A stretch of DNA of 64,000 nucleotides from a virus. Its lineage: Duplodnaviria > Caudoviricetes. A model generated the notes under the pieces. It saw only the letters and a list, made by a program, of their open reading frames with translations. It was not told the DNA's origin and did no database searches. Location of the stretch: the IMG/VR virus record IMGVR_UViG_2643221950_000002, positions 32,001-96,000 of that record; one strand, 5' to 3'. The position numbers were made by a program, and so were the translations under genes. Below, in pieces: positions 49,356-58,989 of this stretch (position 1 is its first letter; each line of letters starts with the position of its first letter).

Positions 49356-49820
49356 ATGTTTAAATTCGGTACGATTGGCGCTTTTAAACAAGTGCAAAAT
49401 AATCCAAGATGTAAAGCTACAAAAGATTTGGTTCCTGGTTATGTAGTCTTACCAGATGATTCTACAGGACTAGCCCCTACTCCTTCATCTGCAGCTGCTG
49501 CTAAAGGAGATGTTTATGTTGTAGGCAACATTATCGACAAACCTGAGATTCGAAATAAAGCTGATTTCAAGGTTTTGAAAGATGAGTTTGTAAGAGCTTT
49601 TCGATTAGCGGATTGCGTTGGCTTGCCTATTGAACTTAGCCAGGATACTGTGGTTGACTTCGAAAACATTGTTAAAAACGATGTTTTAGTCTCTGCTTCA
49701 GATGGCTCAGGAAAATGGGTTAAATCTGATGGTACAGATGATGAATATAAAGTAAAACTTAAAGTGCTTGAAAATACAACATTCGGTGGCAATGGACTTT
49801 ATCTTACGGTTCAGGGCTAA
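49356..49820 (+). CDS. head-associated protein (YonC-like)
   Basis: 154 aa directly before the capsid gene. Confidence 0.6.
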   Translation: MFKFGTIGAFKQVQNNPRCKATKDLVPGYVVLPDDSTGLAPTPSSAAAAKGDVYVVGNIIDKPEIRNKADFKVLKDEFVRAFRLADCVGLPIELSQDTVVDFENIVKNDVLVSASDGSGKWVKSDGTDDEYKVKLKVLENTTFGGNGLYLTVQG

Positions 49821-49844
49821 TTCTATCGCTGGAGGAATTAAATA

Positions 49845-50951
49845 ATGAAAATTGAATTAAACAACGCAAGACGTGATTCTGATGTTTTTGCACATACTAA
49901 ATTAAATACTAAGTCTCCAATTGTAGAAATCTTTTCTGCAGTTGCAACTGGTAAAGATTTATCTAAATTTAATGGCGCTAAAGTTGATGCTGCTATGAAG
50001 CACGTCAAAAATTTAGGAGACCAAGCTCTGGCTGGTAATCCAGTTGCTAAAGCTGAGATCAATCAAATTGTAAGATTTGCAATTGAACCTAAGTTAATTT
50101 CAGCTTTAAAATTGTTCGATTTCATGGGTAATTTTAAACCAATCGGCTATGATGAACAGCCTATGATGACGACATATGCACATGAGTCGATTAGAAGTGG
50201 TTTTCAAGCTTCTCGTGGTGATGTTCCATTCGCAACTACAGCTTGGAGAGAATACCCGATTGCTACTCAAACCATTTCATCCGGTTACGCAGTAAACTAC
50301 CGTGAAATTATGAGTGGTAATCTCGACAAGGTCGCTGAAGGCATGGATCAAGTTCAAATCGACATGATGAATAAGGCGATGTATTACGTAGTAAATGAAA
50401 TGTTTAATGCTATCAAAAAGGCTAAAGGCGTAAAATATTTCTCTGAAAGCCCTGGTATTGCTAAGAGTGCTGTGGATGACACGATTAAGAAGATTCGTAG
50501 ATTTGGACAACCTTCAATTGTAGGAGACTATTCAGTTGTTTCGCAGTTAAATGATTTCGCAGGATACCAAGCTGTGGCTGGAGATGCTTCAAGCACAAAA
50601 TTGCCTGAGTCAGTTATGGATGAGATCAGAAAAACTGGTTTACTGAGTACATACAAAGGATCTTCTATTGTCGAGCTTCCAAACAGCTACAATCTGACAG
50701 AGCTAAATAAAGCTAAGGACAACTTCAAAACTTATCTTCCAGAAGGCCTCCTCTTCTTCATTCCTCAAGGTGCTAAATCACCACTGCAAGTGTTCCAAAA
50801 AGGCGGAATCTCAACTATGACAGGTAATGATGTGGTCACTGGTACTGAAATCACTCGTTTTGATTTGGAACTAGGTGCTGGAGTTGCTGAAGGCATGGAA
50901 CATCAAATCGGCTTAATCCGAGATGAAAATTTCGAAATCACACCAGAGTAA
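49845..50951 (+). CDS. yonB: major capsid protein
   Basis: 368 aa, strong RBS, followed by hairpin GGAGGGCA-T-TGTCCCTCC; synteny. Confidence 0.7.
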   Translation: MKIELNNARRDSDVFAHTKLNTKSPIVEIFSAVATGKDLSKFNGAKVDAAMKHVKNLGDQALAGNPVAKAEINQIVRFAIEPKLISALKLFDFMGNFKPIGYDEQPMMTTYAHESIRSGFQASRGDVPFATTAWREYPIATQTISSGYAVNYREIMSGNLDKVAEGMDQVQIDMMNKAMYYVVNEMFNAIKKAKGVKYFSESPGIAKSAVDDTIKKIRRFGQPSIVGDYSVVSQLNDFAGYQAVAGDASSTKLPESVMDEIRKTGLLSTYKGSSIVELPNSYNLTELNKAKDNFKTYLPEGLLFFIPQGAKSPLQVFQKGGISTMTGNDVVTGTEITRFDLELGAGVAEGMEHQIGLIRDENFEITPE

Positions 50952-50998
50952 TATTTAATATGGAGGGCATTGTCCCTCCTTAAACACGGAGGGATATA

Positions 50999-51460
50999 AT
51001 GTCAATCGATTTAGATAAGAAAATTAAAATCAAAAACTTGTGTTCTTGGGATTTGTACTTCAAAAAATTTGAGTCTAATGGAGATTTCAAACTTCCTGCT
51101 AACGGAGTAAGACAAATTACTGTAGCTGAAGTTCAGTCCCAAGTTTATGATAATGTGAAAATGTTTGCTGGAACTGATGGGGTTGGATCTCACGCTAAGA
51201 TTTATATTGACGACAAAGAAACTAGAGTTCATTTAGGATTTGAAAGTGACGATACTACTCAAAATGTTATTGATCAGGAAACGATTAAAAAGATTTTAAC
51301 TCTTAAGACTCAAAAATCATTTGAAGACAATGTGAAAAAATCTATTAAGTTAGATTCTGAAAAAGCCCAACTATTTGAAGTTGCAAAGGATTCTAAGATC
51401 AATGATCATAGCAAAATTAAGTTCATTGAGGAATACACTGGCTTTAAGTTTGATGCATAA
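50999..51460 (+). CDS. virion morphogenesis protein (YonA position)
   Basis: 153 aa, synteny. Confidence 0.6.
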   Translation: MSIDLDKKIKIKNLCSWDLYFKKFESNGDFKLPANGVRQITVAEVQSQVYDNVKMFAGTDGVGSHAKIYIDDKETRVHLGFESDDTTQNVIDQETIKKILTLKTQKSFEDNVKKSIKLDSEKAQLFEVAKDSKINDHSKIKFIEEYTGFKFDA

Positions 51461-51470
51461 GGGATAGATT

Positions 51471-51860
51471 ATGATGGCTGGATATGAAGATGTATTAAAT
51501 TCATTTCATTCAAAATTTCAATCAAATGAAGTAGTTCCAGAAGGACTAGAGAAACAATTTTTCATTGAAGCGTTAGCTTCGTATGAGCTTGATCTCGAGC
51601 CGCTTAAGTACGATGAATCTACAGAAGAGTTCAGTGAAGTTATGTCTAGACCAAAAATTAAACTACTTGGGCTGCTTATGTACAAACAACATTTAGGGCG
51701 ATATAGAGATCGAGCTTTAAAGTTGAACAATGTGATTGGTAGAGACATTCAATTAACAGGCTTGGCGAATACTAAAGCTCAAGTAAATAGAGCATACGAA
51801 GATTTGTCTGATGAAATAGATGCTTTATTACACAAGCTTAAAACAAATAATTTTGAATGA
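51471..51860 (+). CDS. putative head-tail connector (YomZ position)
   Basis: 129 aa, synteny. Confidence 0.55.
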   Translation: MMAGYEDVLNSFHSKFQSNEVVPEGLEKQFFIEALASYELDLEPLKYDESTEEFSEVMSRPKIKLLGLLMYKQHLGRYRDRALKLNNVIGRDIQLTGLANTKAQVNRAYEDLSDEIDALLHKLKTNNFE

Positions 51861-51869
51861 GGTGCTTAA

Positions 51870-52532
51870 ATGTCTAAAGATTGGTATTTGAGTTCTTCTT
51901 CAAACTATTTGAGTGGATGGGAGAACGAAGAGTTTTCTGCAAATAAATATGAGATATTCAAAGAGATATTAGCAAACTCTCCAGAAACTTATAGTGTTTT
52001 ATTAAACGATAAGCCTGTTGATGTTATTATCCAAACAACTCAAGATAGTGAAGTTAAAAAAGTTATAACAGTTTTGGGGTTGTTGAATCGTGGCGATCTT
52101 ATCTTGTACGACAGTTCTTATTGGCTGGTTAATTCTCGACCAACTGATAATAAAATGAATGATAGCGCAACTATGAAACAATGCAACAGCTCAATCAAAC
52201 TATCGACAGGTGACATACAGGTTGACACGGGCAAAATAAATGAAATCACTGGGCAGCCGATTAAAAAACTTGTTCCTGGTGAAAGTATTGAAATCCCTTG
52301 TGTATTTGAGAGAACTGTTTCAGTTAACAGCTCTGATCAACCGATCAATCTTCCTGATGGTCAAGCTCACATCACTCTCCCCTACTCTACTAATCCTCAG
52401 TTAAAAATTGGGTTAAAAACGCAATTTTATTCAGAAGAGTATATTGTTCACGATATTGATTATTCAAAAGTAATTGATGGTGTGGGCACCATTAAACTCA
52501 TCGCAAAAAAGAAAGTCAGTGATAACAAATGA
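51870..52532 (+). CDS. putative head closure protein (YomX position)
   Basis: 220 aa, beta-rich, synteny. Confidence 0.55.
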   Translation: MSKDWYLSSSSNYLSGWENEEFSANKYEIFKEILANSPETYSVLLNDKPVDVIIQTTQDSEVKKVITVLGLLNRGDLILYDSSYWLVNSRPTDNKMNDSATMKQCNSSIKLSTGDIQVDTGKINEITGQPIKKLVPGESIEIPCVFERTVSVNSSDQPINLPDGQAHITLPYSTNPQLKIGLKTQFYSEEYIVHDIDYSKVIDGVGTIKLIAKKKVSDNK

Positions 52533-53053
52533 GTATGATGGTACAACATATAACGGACATTTTTAGAGAAATAATGAATGACAGAGATGTTAATCGGCTC
52601 CTCTATTATAAAGATGATCCCCTTTCACCCGATCTTCCTGATGTCCAAAGTTTGGATAACTATTATGAACCTGCTATCGAAGAAGATAGAGGTCTCACTC
52701 TCCCACCTATCTATTCTAATTTGTTTAAACGTGCACCTAAAACAGATGATCTTAACTCTCAACCAATCTGTAGAGTATGTATATATTTAGGCTCTGGAAT
52801 CCCCAAAAGCCCAAATGAAAGCTATAAACTCCTAAACCAAGACATTATGATCGACGTTTACACACATATAGACACATTTGAGGAAACTGAATTCAGGAAC
52901 ACAAAGATATCTGATAGGATTTGCAACCTTTTATTCGAAAAGAACATAACTGGCTTCGGATCAATGATTACATACAAGAGATTGCTTATTCCTAATCCGC
53001 CTGATGGCCATCTTGGATACAAACTGATTTTCACGTTTGGAGCTTCTAAATGA
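52529..53053 (+). CDS. putative tail terminator (YomW position)
   Basis: 174 aa, synteny. Confidence 0.55.
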   Translation: MSMMVQHITDIFREIMNDRDVNRLLYYKDDPLSPDLPDVQSLDNYYEPAIEEDRGLTLPPIYSNLFKRAPKTDDLNSQPICRVCIYLGSGIPKSPNESYKLLNQDIMIDVYTHIDTFEETEFRNTKISDRICNLLFEKNITGFGSMITYKRLLIPNPPDGHLGYKLIFTFGASK

Positions 53054-53760
53054 TTAGCAACAAGGATTTTTTCTTTTTGGGAGATTCGGTGATGACCGAA
53101 ATTGGTGAAATATCATTTATCAAGCTGAGAGATTATCCTAATTATGTGCATTATTTAAATGCTATTAAGATGTCGAAAAAAGAAATCGTTAGAGAGTATG
53201 AAAAATTAAACGAAGCTGAGAACTTGAATGAGCTAATTATAGAGCTTAAGCGTAGCAGCTTATTTAATATTGTAAATCATATCCTTCCTGATTTTAGTGA
53301 GGCCTATCATAAAGTTTTCGAGAAGATATTTGTTGATAAAGAAAGATTATCTGAAATTAACCCAAACAATTTTAACAGTTTAAGAAAACTGGTGCTTGAT
53401 ATGCATTGTCTATCCGAAGAGAAGATATCAACCAATGAAGAAATACAAGAATTTGACGATTTGGCCAAAATGTTAAAGCGGCAAGACAGTCAAAATGACC
53501 TTAAAGATATTGTTAGTTGCGTGGCTGCCTTTAATGGGTACACATACAGCGAAATAGCTGACATGACTGTTTATCAATTGCAACTAAGCTTCTACAGAAT
53601 GGCAGAGATTATGAATTACAATACCACAACGTTATTCGCAACGGTTTCTTCTGAAGCTAAGATTAACGACTGGAGTAAATCAATTGATCTTTATAAAGAA
53701 GATTCATATCATCTCAACGCAAAAGAAGCAAAAAATTTAGAAAAACTATTTGGAGACTGA
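53050..53760 (+). CDS. YomV-like protein
   Basis: 236 aa, synteny. Confidence 0.6.
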   Translation: MISNKDFFFLGDSVMTEIGEISFIKLRDYPNYVHYLNAIKMSKKEIVREYEKLNEAENLNELIIELKRSSLFNIVNHILPDFSEAYHKVFEKIFVDKERLSEINPNNFNSLRKLVLDMHCLSEEKISTNEEIQEFDDLAKMLKRQDSQNDLKDIVSCVAAFNGYTYSEIADMTVYQLQLSFYRMAEIMNYNTTTLFATVSSEAKINDWSKSIDLYKEDSYHLNAKEAKNLEKLFGD

Positions 53761-53792
53761 TAAAGTCTCTTTTTTTATTAGGAGGAAAACTT

Positions 53793-54569
53793 TTGAGCAA
53801 ACAAACAGTAATCCATGAAGTTGGAAAAATCACTGTTCGCAGAATTAGCGATAAGAAAGTTATCGGTAGCTCTGTGACACAAATGACTCAGTTCACACAA
53901 CAAGTTCAGCAGGACTTTTTAAAGGGTGGCTGGGGCAATAGAGACTTATACGTAATTAACTCAAGCAAAGAGGTTTCAGGTAACGTCAGAAACGCATTCT
54001 TTGATCTTGATTTCATGGCAATGCAACAAGGAGTTAAAATTGAAAATGAGGCCATTTCTGTATGGGAAGATGAAAATTTAACTGTCTCTGAAACTAATAC
54101 CGTTAAATTAAGCTATATTCCGATTTCTGAAGTTACTCTTACAAATGAAGACGGCGAACATTTGAATGTCTCAACAACTTCTACTGAAGTTGCAGTCCCT
54201 GAGCAATTTGCTAAAAAAGAAGCTGTAATCACAGTGTTCTATCAAATTGAAGTAGATGCTGAAACTGTGGAAATCAGTGGTGAAAAATTCTCTGAGAACT
54301 ATGAATTTGAAATCCATACAATTGAGTACGATCCTAAGACATCTAAAGTTTACAGTGATCTATATATTCAATTACCTAAAGTCAATTTCTCTGGAGAAGC
54401 TGATATTTCACTGGAAGCAGGTCAAGCTTATACTCCAGAAATCGGATACCGAGCTTTGGCGGATGAAAATGGAAAAATCGGTAAGTTTTCACGTGTGAAA
54501 AGAAATGCTGATGGATCTAAAGGTATCGTAAAAGACGATCAAACAACTCCTCCAGTAGACGGAGAATAA
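53793..54569 (+). CDS. putative major tail protein (YomU-like)
   Basis: 258 aa, strong RBS, followed by a terminator. Confidence 0.6.
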   Translation: MSKQTVIHEVGKITVRRISDKKVIGSSVTQMTQFTQQVQQDFLKGGWGNRDLYVINSSKEVSGNVRNAFFDLDFMAMQQGVKIENEAISVWEDENLTVSETNTVKLSYIPISEVTLTNEDGEHLNVSTTSTEVAVPEQFAKKEAVITVFYQIEVDAETVEISGEKFSENYEFEIHTIEYDPKTSKVYSDLYIQLPKVNFSGEADISLEAGQAYTPEIGYRALADENGKIGKFSRVKRNADGSKGIVKDDQTTPPVDGE

Positions 54570-54619
54570 GTAGATTTTTGATTAACTGAGGAGGTCTCCC
54601 CTCCTCTTTTTATTAAGGA

Positions 54620-54985
54620 GTGATTATTATAGCAGAAGATACAGCTCCTATTGTAGTAATTCCTGATCGTACATCATTTGTTTTTCATGAGAAGTCAGTC
54701 TCCCCTTCTGACGGTGAATCATTAGAAGTTAAACACTACCAAAAATTAGCCATCAGCATCACTGGGACATCTACTTCAAGAAAAATTTCGTTTGTGGGAT
54801 TGACGAATGATGATCAGGAAATTGAATTAGGAGGTACTCAGTTAAGTGATTACCGAATAGCAACTGGAACAGAAGGAATTAACGAGGCTTGGGAATTCCC
54901 GATTTCCCCTTTCAAAAAAGTATTTATTAAATTAGAAGATGTGACTGATGGAGATGTCTCTGTGTTTGGGGAGGCTTCGACATAA
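54620..54985 (+). CDS. YomS-like structural protein
   Basis: About 118 aa, synteny. Confidence 0.6.
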   Translation: MIIIAEDTAPIVVIPDRTSFVFHEKSVSPSDGESLEVKHYQKLAISITGTSTSRKISFVGLTNDDQEIELGGTQLSDYRIATGTEGINEAWEFPISPFKKVFIKLEDVTDGDVSVFGEAST

Positions 54986-56067
54986 TGCTTGATTCATTAG
55001 TAAGAGGGTTGTACAAAAGGCTAGAGAAGCAAATTGCTAACCTCAAAGACCTCTTTTTAACCAGTGAAGATTCCATGAAGCGTGATGTTGAAATCTTCAA
55101 AAGTGATAATGATTCATTTAAGTTGGAAATTAAAAGTGACTTAGAAACTCATAAGCATGACACTAAAAACCCTCATGCTGTCACAAAAGAGCAAGTTGGA
55201 CTTGGTGATGTATTGAACATCGAACAAGCCAGCAAGACAGAGTTTAATAAACATCAAAACGACTCTGATATCCATGTTGATCAAGATCAAAAAGAACAAT
55301 GGAATAAAAAAGAAACCATTGAAGGTTCTCAAGAGAAAGCTGATTTGGCTTTAGTAAATTCTAAAGAATACACAGATGAGCATGAACTGAAAACAAACTT
55401 ACATACTCAGCCAGGTGAGAAAGACAAATGGAACGGTTATGAAAGTTTGATAGACATGTTAGCGACAACTTTGGATGCTGCACAAAAATTCAAGTTGACT
55501 CAAGATGACGGGAAAGCTCAAAATCTTGCAAACGGAACTGATGTATTGACTCTCCCCCCTGGAGTTTACACAGGTCAAAGTTTAACTAATGCCCCTTCTG
55601 CAACAGATCCCTTCCTCTTCTTAATCAATTCTAAGGACAACTCCAATAAGACTATCTTGGCAATCTCATTGAAAAATAATGAAACATGGCTTTTCACGAG
55701 GCTACAAAATGTAAATTCAACTTGGAACAAGCTTGTATCCTCTAATGACCTTAATGTGGTTTGGGTTAATACTACTTTAGTAGTCGGGACTACAAACCCG
55801 CAATACCCACTAAGACACAGATACATTCCTGTTTCTAAAACTTTAGAGATACAGGGAACATTCACCGCTCCGCTCGGTGCAACAATTGCCAAGTTATCTT
55901 ATTTCCCTGTTCAAAACATTGATTTTACAGGTGTTACTGTAGGTTCTTATGGGCAAGCACGAATGACACTAACGACAACAGGAGACTTAATCTATTCTGG
56001 TTTGTTTTCTAAGGATGATAGCAAAGTTGAAAGAGTGTCCTTAAATGAAACTATACCACTATCATAA
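54985..56067 (+). CDS. tail fibre/baseplate-type protein (YomR-like)
   Basis: NPHAVTKEQVGLGDV fibre motif and QKFKLTQDDG. Confidence 0.75.
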   Translation: MLDSLVRGLYKRLEKQIANLKDLFLTSEDSMKRDVEIFKSDNDSFKLEIKSDLETHKHDTKNPHAVTKEQVGLGDVLNIEQASKTEFNKHQNDSDIHVDQDQKEQWNKKETIEGSQEKADLALVNSKEYTDEHELKTNLHTQPGEKDKWNGYESLIDMLATTLDAAQKFKLTQDDGKAQNLANGTDVLTLPPGVYTGQSLTNAPSATDPFLFLINSKDNSNKTILAISLKNNETWLFTRLQNVNSTWNKLVSSNDLNVVWVNTTLVVGTTNPQYPLRHRYIPVSKTLEIQGTFTAPLGATIAKLSYFPVQNIDFTGVTVGSYGQARMTLTTTGDLIYSGLFSKDDSKVERVSLNETIPLS

Positions 56068-56081
56068 AGAGGGTCACATCT

Positions 56082-56354
56082 ATGAAAACAATATTTTACT
56101 ATGATGAAAACTTTATTTACTTAAGACAATCTGATTACTTTGAAGGAGAAGTTTTGCCAGAAATGAGCACAGATATCGCACCTCCCCAATCACTATATTT
56201 AGGTAAATTTTATCCCGAAGAAAAGACATGGAAAGAATCAGCTACTCAAGAATACATGGATTCTTTTAAAGTCGAACCTGAGCCATCTGAAATAAGCATG
56301 GTTAAACAACAGTTATCTGAACTTTACTATTTTATTGCGATGGGAGGAATTTAG
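56082..56354 (+). CDS. tail fibre assembly-like protein (YomQ-like)
   Basis: STDIAPP...WKESAT motif. Confidence 0.65.
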   Translation: MKTIFYYDENFIYLRQSDYFEGEVLPEMSTDIAPPQSLYLGKFYPEEKTWKESATQEYMDSFKVEPEPSEISMVKQQLSELYYFIAMGGI

Positions 56355-56504
56355 ATGGCAATCGATTGGTATAAAGCAATCAAAGGATTTTACGATGATG
56401 GATTGTGGACTAAAGAGATGGTGTATAACACAGTTGCTGTTGGAAGAATTACGCCTGAACAATATGAACAAATTACTGGGGAGCAGTATACTCCACCACA
56501 ATAA
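56355..56504 (+). CDS. XkdX-family protein
   Basis: Manual: MAIDWYKAIKGFYDDGLWTKEMVYNTVAVGRITPEQYEQITGEQYTPPQ. Confidence 0.85.
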   Translation: MAIDWYKAIKGFYDDGLWTKEMVYNTVAVGRITPEQYEQITGEQYTPPQ

Positions 56505-56538
56505 AATAAGAATTTTATTGAAAAAAGGAGGATTGCCA

Positions 56539-56721
56539 TTGAGACTTTTTGATGTATCTGAGGACATTTTACTTTTAAAGGGATTCTGGAAAGAGTCCTT
56601 TTGCGGAAAGGTAAGATGGCTTTTCTTTTTGTATCCTATGTGTCTATATACAGCAATAATTTTAAAACTCGCTATAACTTTATATTCAATAAAACATAAA
56701 ATGTTTTTCAAAAAACGCTAA
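56539..56721 (+). CDS. 60-aa membrane peptide
   Basis: TTG after GGAGG; TM segment WLFFLYPMCLYTAIILKLAITLY. Confidence 0.4.
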   Translation: MRLFDVSEDILLLKGFWKESFCGKVRWLFFLYPMCLYTAIILKLAITLYSIKHKMFFKKR

Positions 56722-56769
56722 CACCTCTCCCCTATTTGAGGTGTTTTTATTTTAATCATAAGGAGAGAT

Positions 56770-57252
56770 ATGATGACAACACAAAAATTAACGCTAGATC
56801 ATATTAAGGATGGGAATAAAAAGTACGATGAGAAAGTCAAAGTGCAGTTAGATGATAAGTTCCATGTTCACATCTACCCCAACTTTGATCCAGTTAAGAT
56901 TACACAAATGATTAAAATGGCTCTAGAAGATGTAGCTGAAATTGAGTCGAATAAAAAGATTAAACACAAGCTTAATTTCGTTGATCTTTTAAATATTTAT
57001 ACAATCCTCACCTTCAGTGATGTCGCTAATATACCACAAGGCATCACTTCTAAAGTTAACTTAATGATTGAATTGGTTAAGTCCCCATACTATAAAATAA
57101 TCAACGATTCTTTTCCAAAGGAAAGCTTCGAGAGTATCGATGAAAAATTACGTTCTATGACAGAAGGTATGATTGCGACTCAAGAAGCACTTGTTGACAA
57201 AGCGAACGAAGAAATATTGAAAAAAGTTGAAAAACTAACTGCTGAAGCATAA
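56770..57252 (+). CDS. YomO-like protein (putative tail chaperone)
   Basis: 160 aa, synteny. Confidence 0.6.
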   Translation: MMTTQKLTLDHIKDGNKKYDEKVKVQLDDKFHVHIYPNFDPVKITQMIKMALEDVAEIESNKKIKHKLNFVDLLNIYTILTFSDVANIPQGITSKVNLMIELVKSPYYKIINDSFPKESFESIDEKLRSMTEGMIATQEALVDKANEEILKKVEKLTAEA

Positions 57253-57674
57253 TGGCCAAGAATCATAAAGAATTAGCCGTTATGCTTGAAAAAGCAGCTT
57301 TAAAAGCCTTGCAGTCTGGCAGTAATACAAAAGAGCTCTTAGTCAAAACAGGACAAGAGCAAGTTCAAACAGTGGTATATGATTCATATAGTCCAGTGGA
57401 ATATAACCGAACTGGTGAGTTAAAGGCATCATTTGTTGTTGCGAATGAATCAAATGGTATTTCGTTAGATAACACAAGAACAGATGAGGGACGAGATGTT
57501 GCGACTATTGTTGAGACCGGTGAAGGGTATCAATTCCCTGACGAATATGGTTATGGCTATGGTGAGCCTCGTCCTTTTATGAGCAACACTGCTGAAAAGC
57601 TCAAACACAGTGGTGAATTAGTGGAAGCTGCTATGAAAGATGTTCGCAAGGCTGGTTATAAGACAATCAAATAG
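57252..57674 (+). CDS. YomN-like tail completion protein
   Basis: YNRTGEL...PRPFM motifs typical of HK97 gp10-like proteins. Confidence 0.65.
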   Translation: MAKNHKELAVMLEKAALKALQSGSNTKELLVKTGQEQVQTVVYDSYSPVEYNRTGELKASFVVANESNGISLDNTRTDEGRDVATIVETGEGYQFPDEYGYGYGEPRPFMSNTAEKLKHSGELVEAAMKDVRKAGYKTIK

Positions 57675-57693
57675 CCTGGCGGTGAATTTAATA

Positions 57694-58695
57694 ATGAGCA
57701 AAGAAATCGAACAAAACATGCTGCGTAAAAGAGCGCAAAAGCTACCTGAAGTCACTGATGATATGTGGTCGCAAGTTGATCAGGAACATCAAGACCTGGT
57801 TTCAGAATTTCTGGATGCCAACTCGTTCAGAGACAAAACTAAAAAACAGTACCATTCTACACTTCGTCAATTTTTCTGGTGGGTGCACACATCATTAAAC
57901 GGAAAGAAACTATACAAGATCACTAAAAGAGATTTTATACGATATCAGAGCTTCTTGAAAAATCGTGGAATGTCTTCAAGTGGCATTGCTCTAAAAAAAG
58001 CTTCAGTATCTTCCCTCAACAATTATCTTGAAAATGTAGTTGCGGAAGATGATCCAAACTACAAAACATTTCGAAACTTCACTCGTGGTCTCCCTGCTAT
58101 ACCTAAAACGGTGACTTATGAAAAAGTTAAAGTGACATATGATGATTACAAATTAATGATGGACACACTAGAAGAAGACGAAAACTATCTTGGGATGGCA
58201 TGGCTGGCCACTGCGTTTAATGTTGGGGGTCGTAGAGCTGAGCTAGTCCAATTTAAAACAGAGCTATTGGATTATCCTATTAATGAAGATCAATCGTACG
58301 TTATGAGTCATAAAGTTTTTGGTAAAGGTAAAGGCGAAGGAAAAGTACTGGAATACATGGTGAATTTAGAGGCTATAAAATACATGAAGTTATGGCATGA
58401 GAAGCGTGGCTATGACCATGAGTATATTTTTACAACGCAATACGGCGGAGAACCTAAGCAGATTTCAGAGTCCTGGGCGGATTATTTTTGTTCAGATGTT
58501 CTGTCAGATATTCTTGGCAGACGTATCAACCCCCACCTATTCAAAGCCTCTTGCATTACTTATCTTCTCGAAGTTAAAAAAATCAAGTTGGAATTGGTTA
58601 GTAAATACATCGCTCATCATGAAGATGTATCAACTACAATCAAGCATTACGACTTAAGAAACTTTGAGGAAGAAAAGAATCAAATCTTCGCTTGA
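57694..58695 (+). CDS. yomM: tyrosine recombinase (YomM-like)
   Basis: GGRRAE, GKG, NPHLFKAS and AHHEDVSTTIKHY motifs; 333 aa. Confidence 0.85.
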   Translation: MSKEIEQNMLRKRAQKLPEVTDDMWSQVDQEHQDLVSEFLDANSFRDKTKKQYHSTLRQFFWWVHTSLNGKKLYKITKRDFIRYQSFLKNRGMSSSGIALKKASVSSLNNYLENVVAEDDPNYKTFRNFTRGLPAIPKTVTYEKVKVTYDDYKLMMDTLEEDENYLGMAWLATAFNVGGRRAELVQFKTELLDYPINEDQSYVMSHKVFGKGKGEGKVLEYMVNLEAIKYMKLWHEKRGYDHEYIFTTQYGGEPKQISESWADYFCSDVLSDILGRRINPHLFKASCITYLLEVKKIKLELVSKYIAHHEDVSTTIKHYDLRNFEEEKNQIFA

Positions 58696-58989
58696 AATCC
58701 CTCTTTTATTCAGAATCAAAATCCTTCTTTTGAGGGATTTTGCTTATGGTTAAAAATTGCAATGTCTTACGAGAGCCAATTATTATTAAATATATATTTT
58801 TAAATTTCTTACTCCGTTTCGTTCAATCGTTATCATTACTTAAGATTTGTGTTCCACTTCTGTATGTTAATTGGACATTATTCTTTCTTAATATCAGCTG
58901 TTTAAAATTGTTAATTTTTTCATGATCTTGTGTTATCATTAGAGTTGATAAAATTGAAATGAATAAACGTTCGAGGTGGATTAGATAAG

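Noticed and set aside
56335-56721. 128-aa ORF
   Set aside because: Its 5' half overlaps the XkdX-family gene in another frame; only the last 60 codons are plausible
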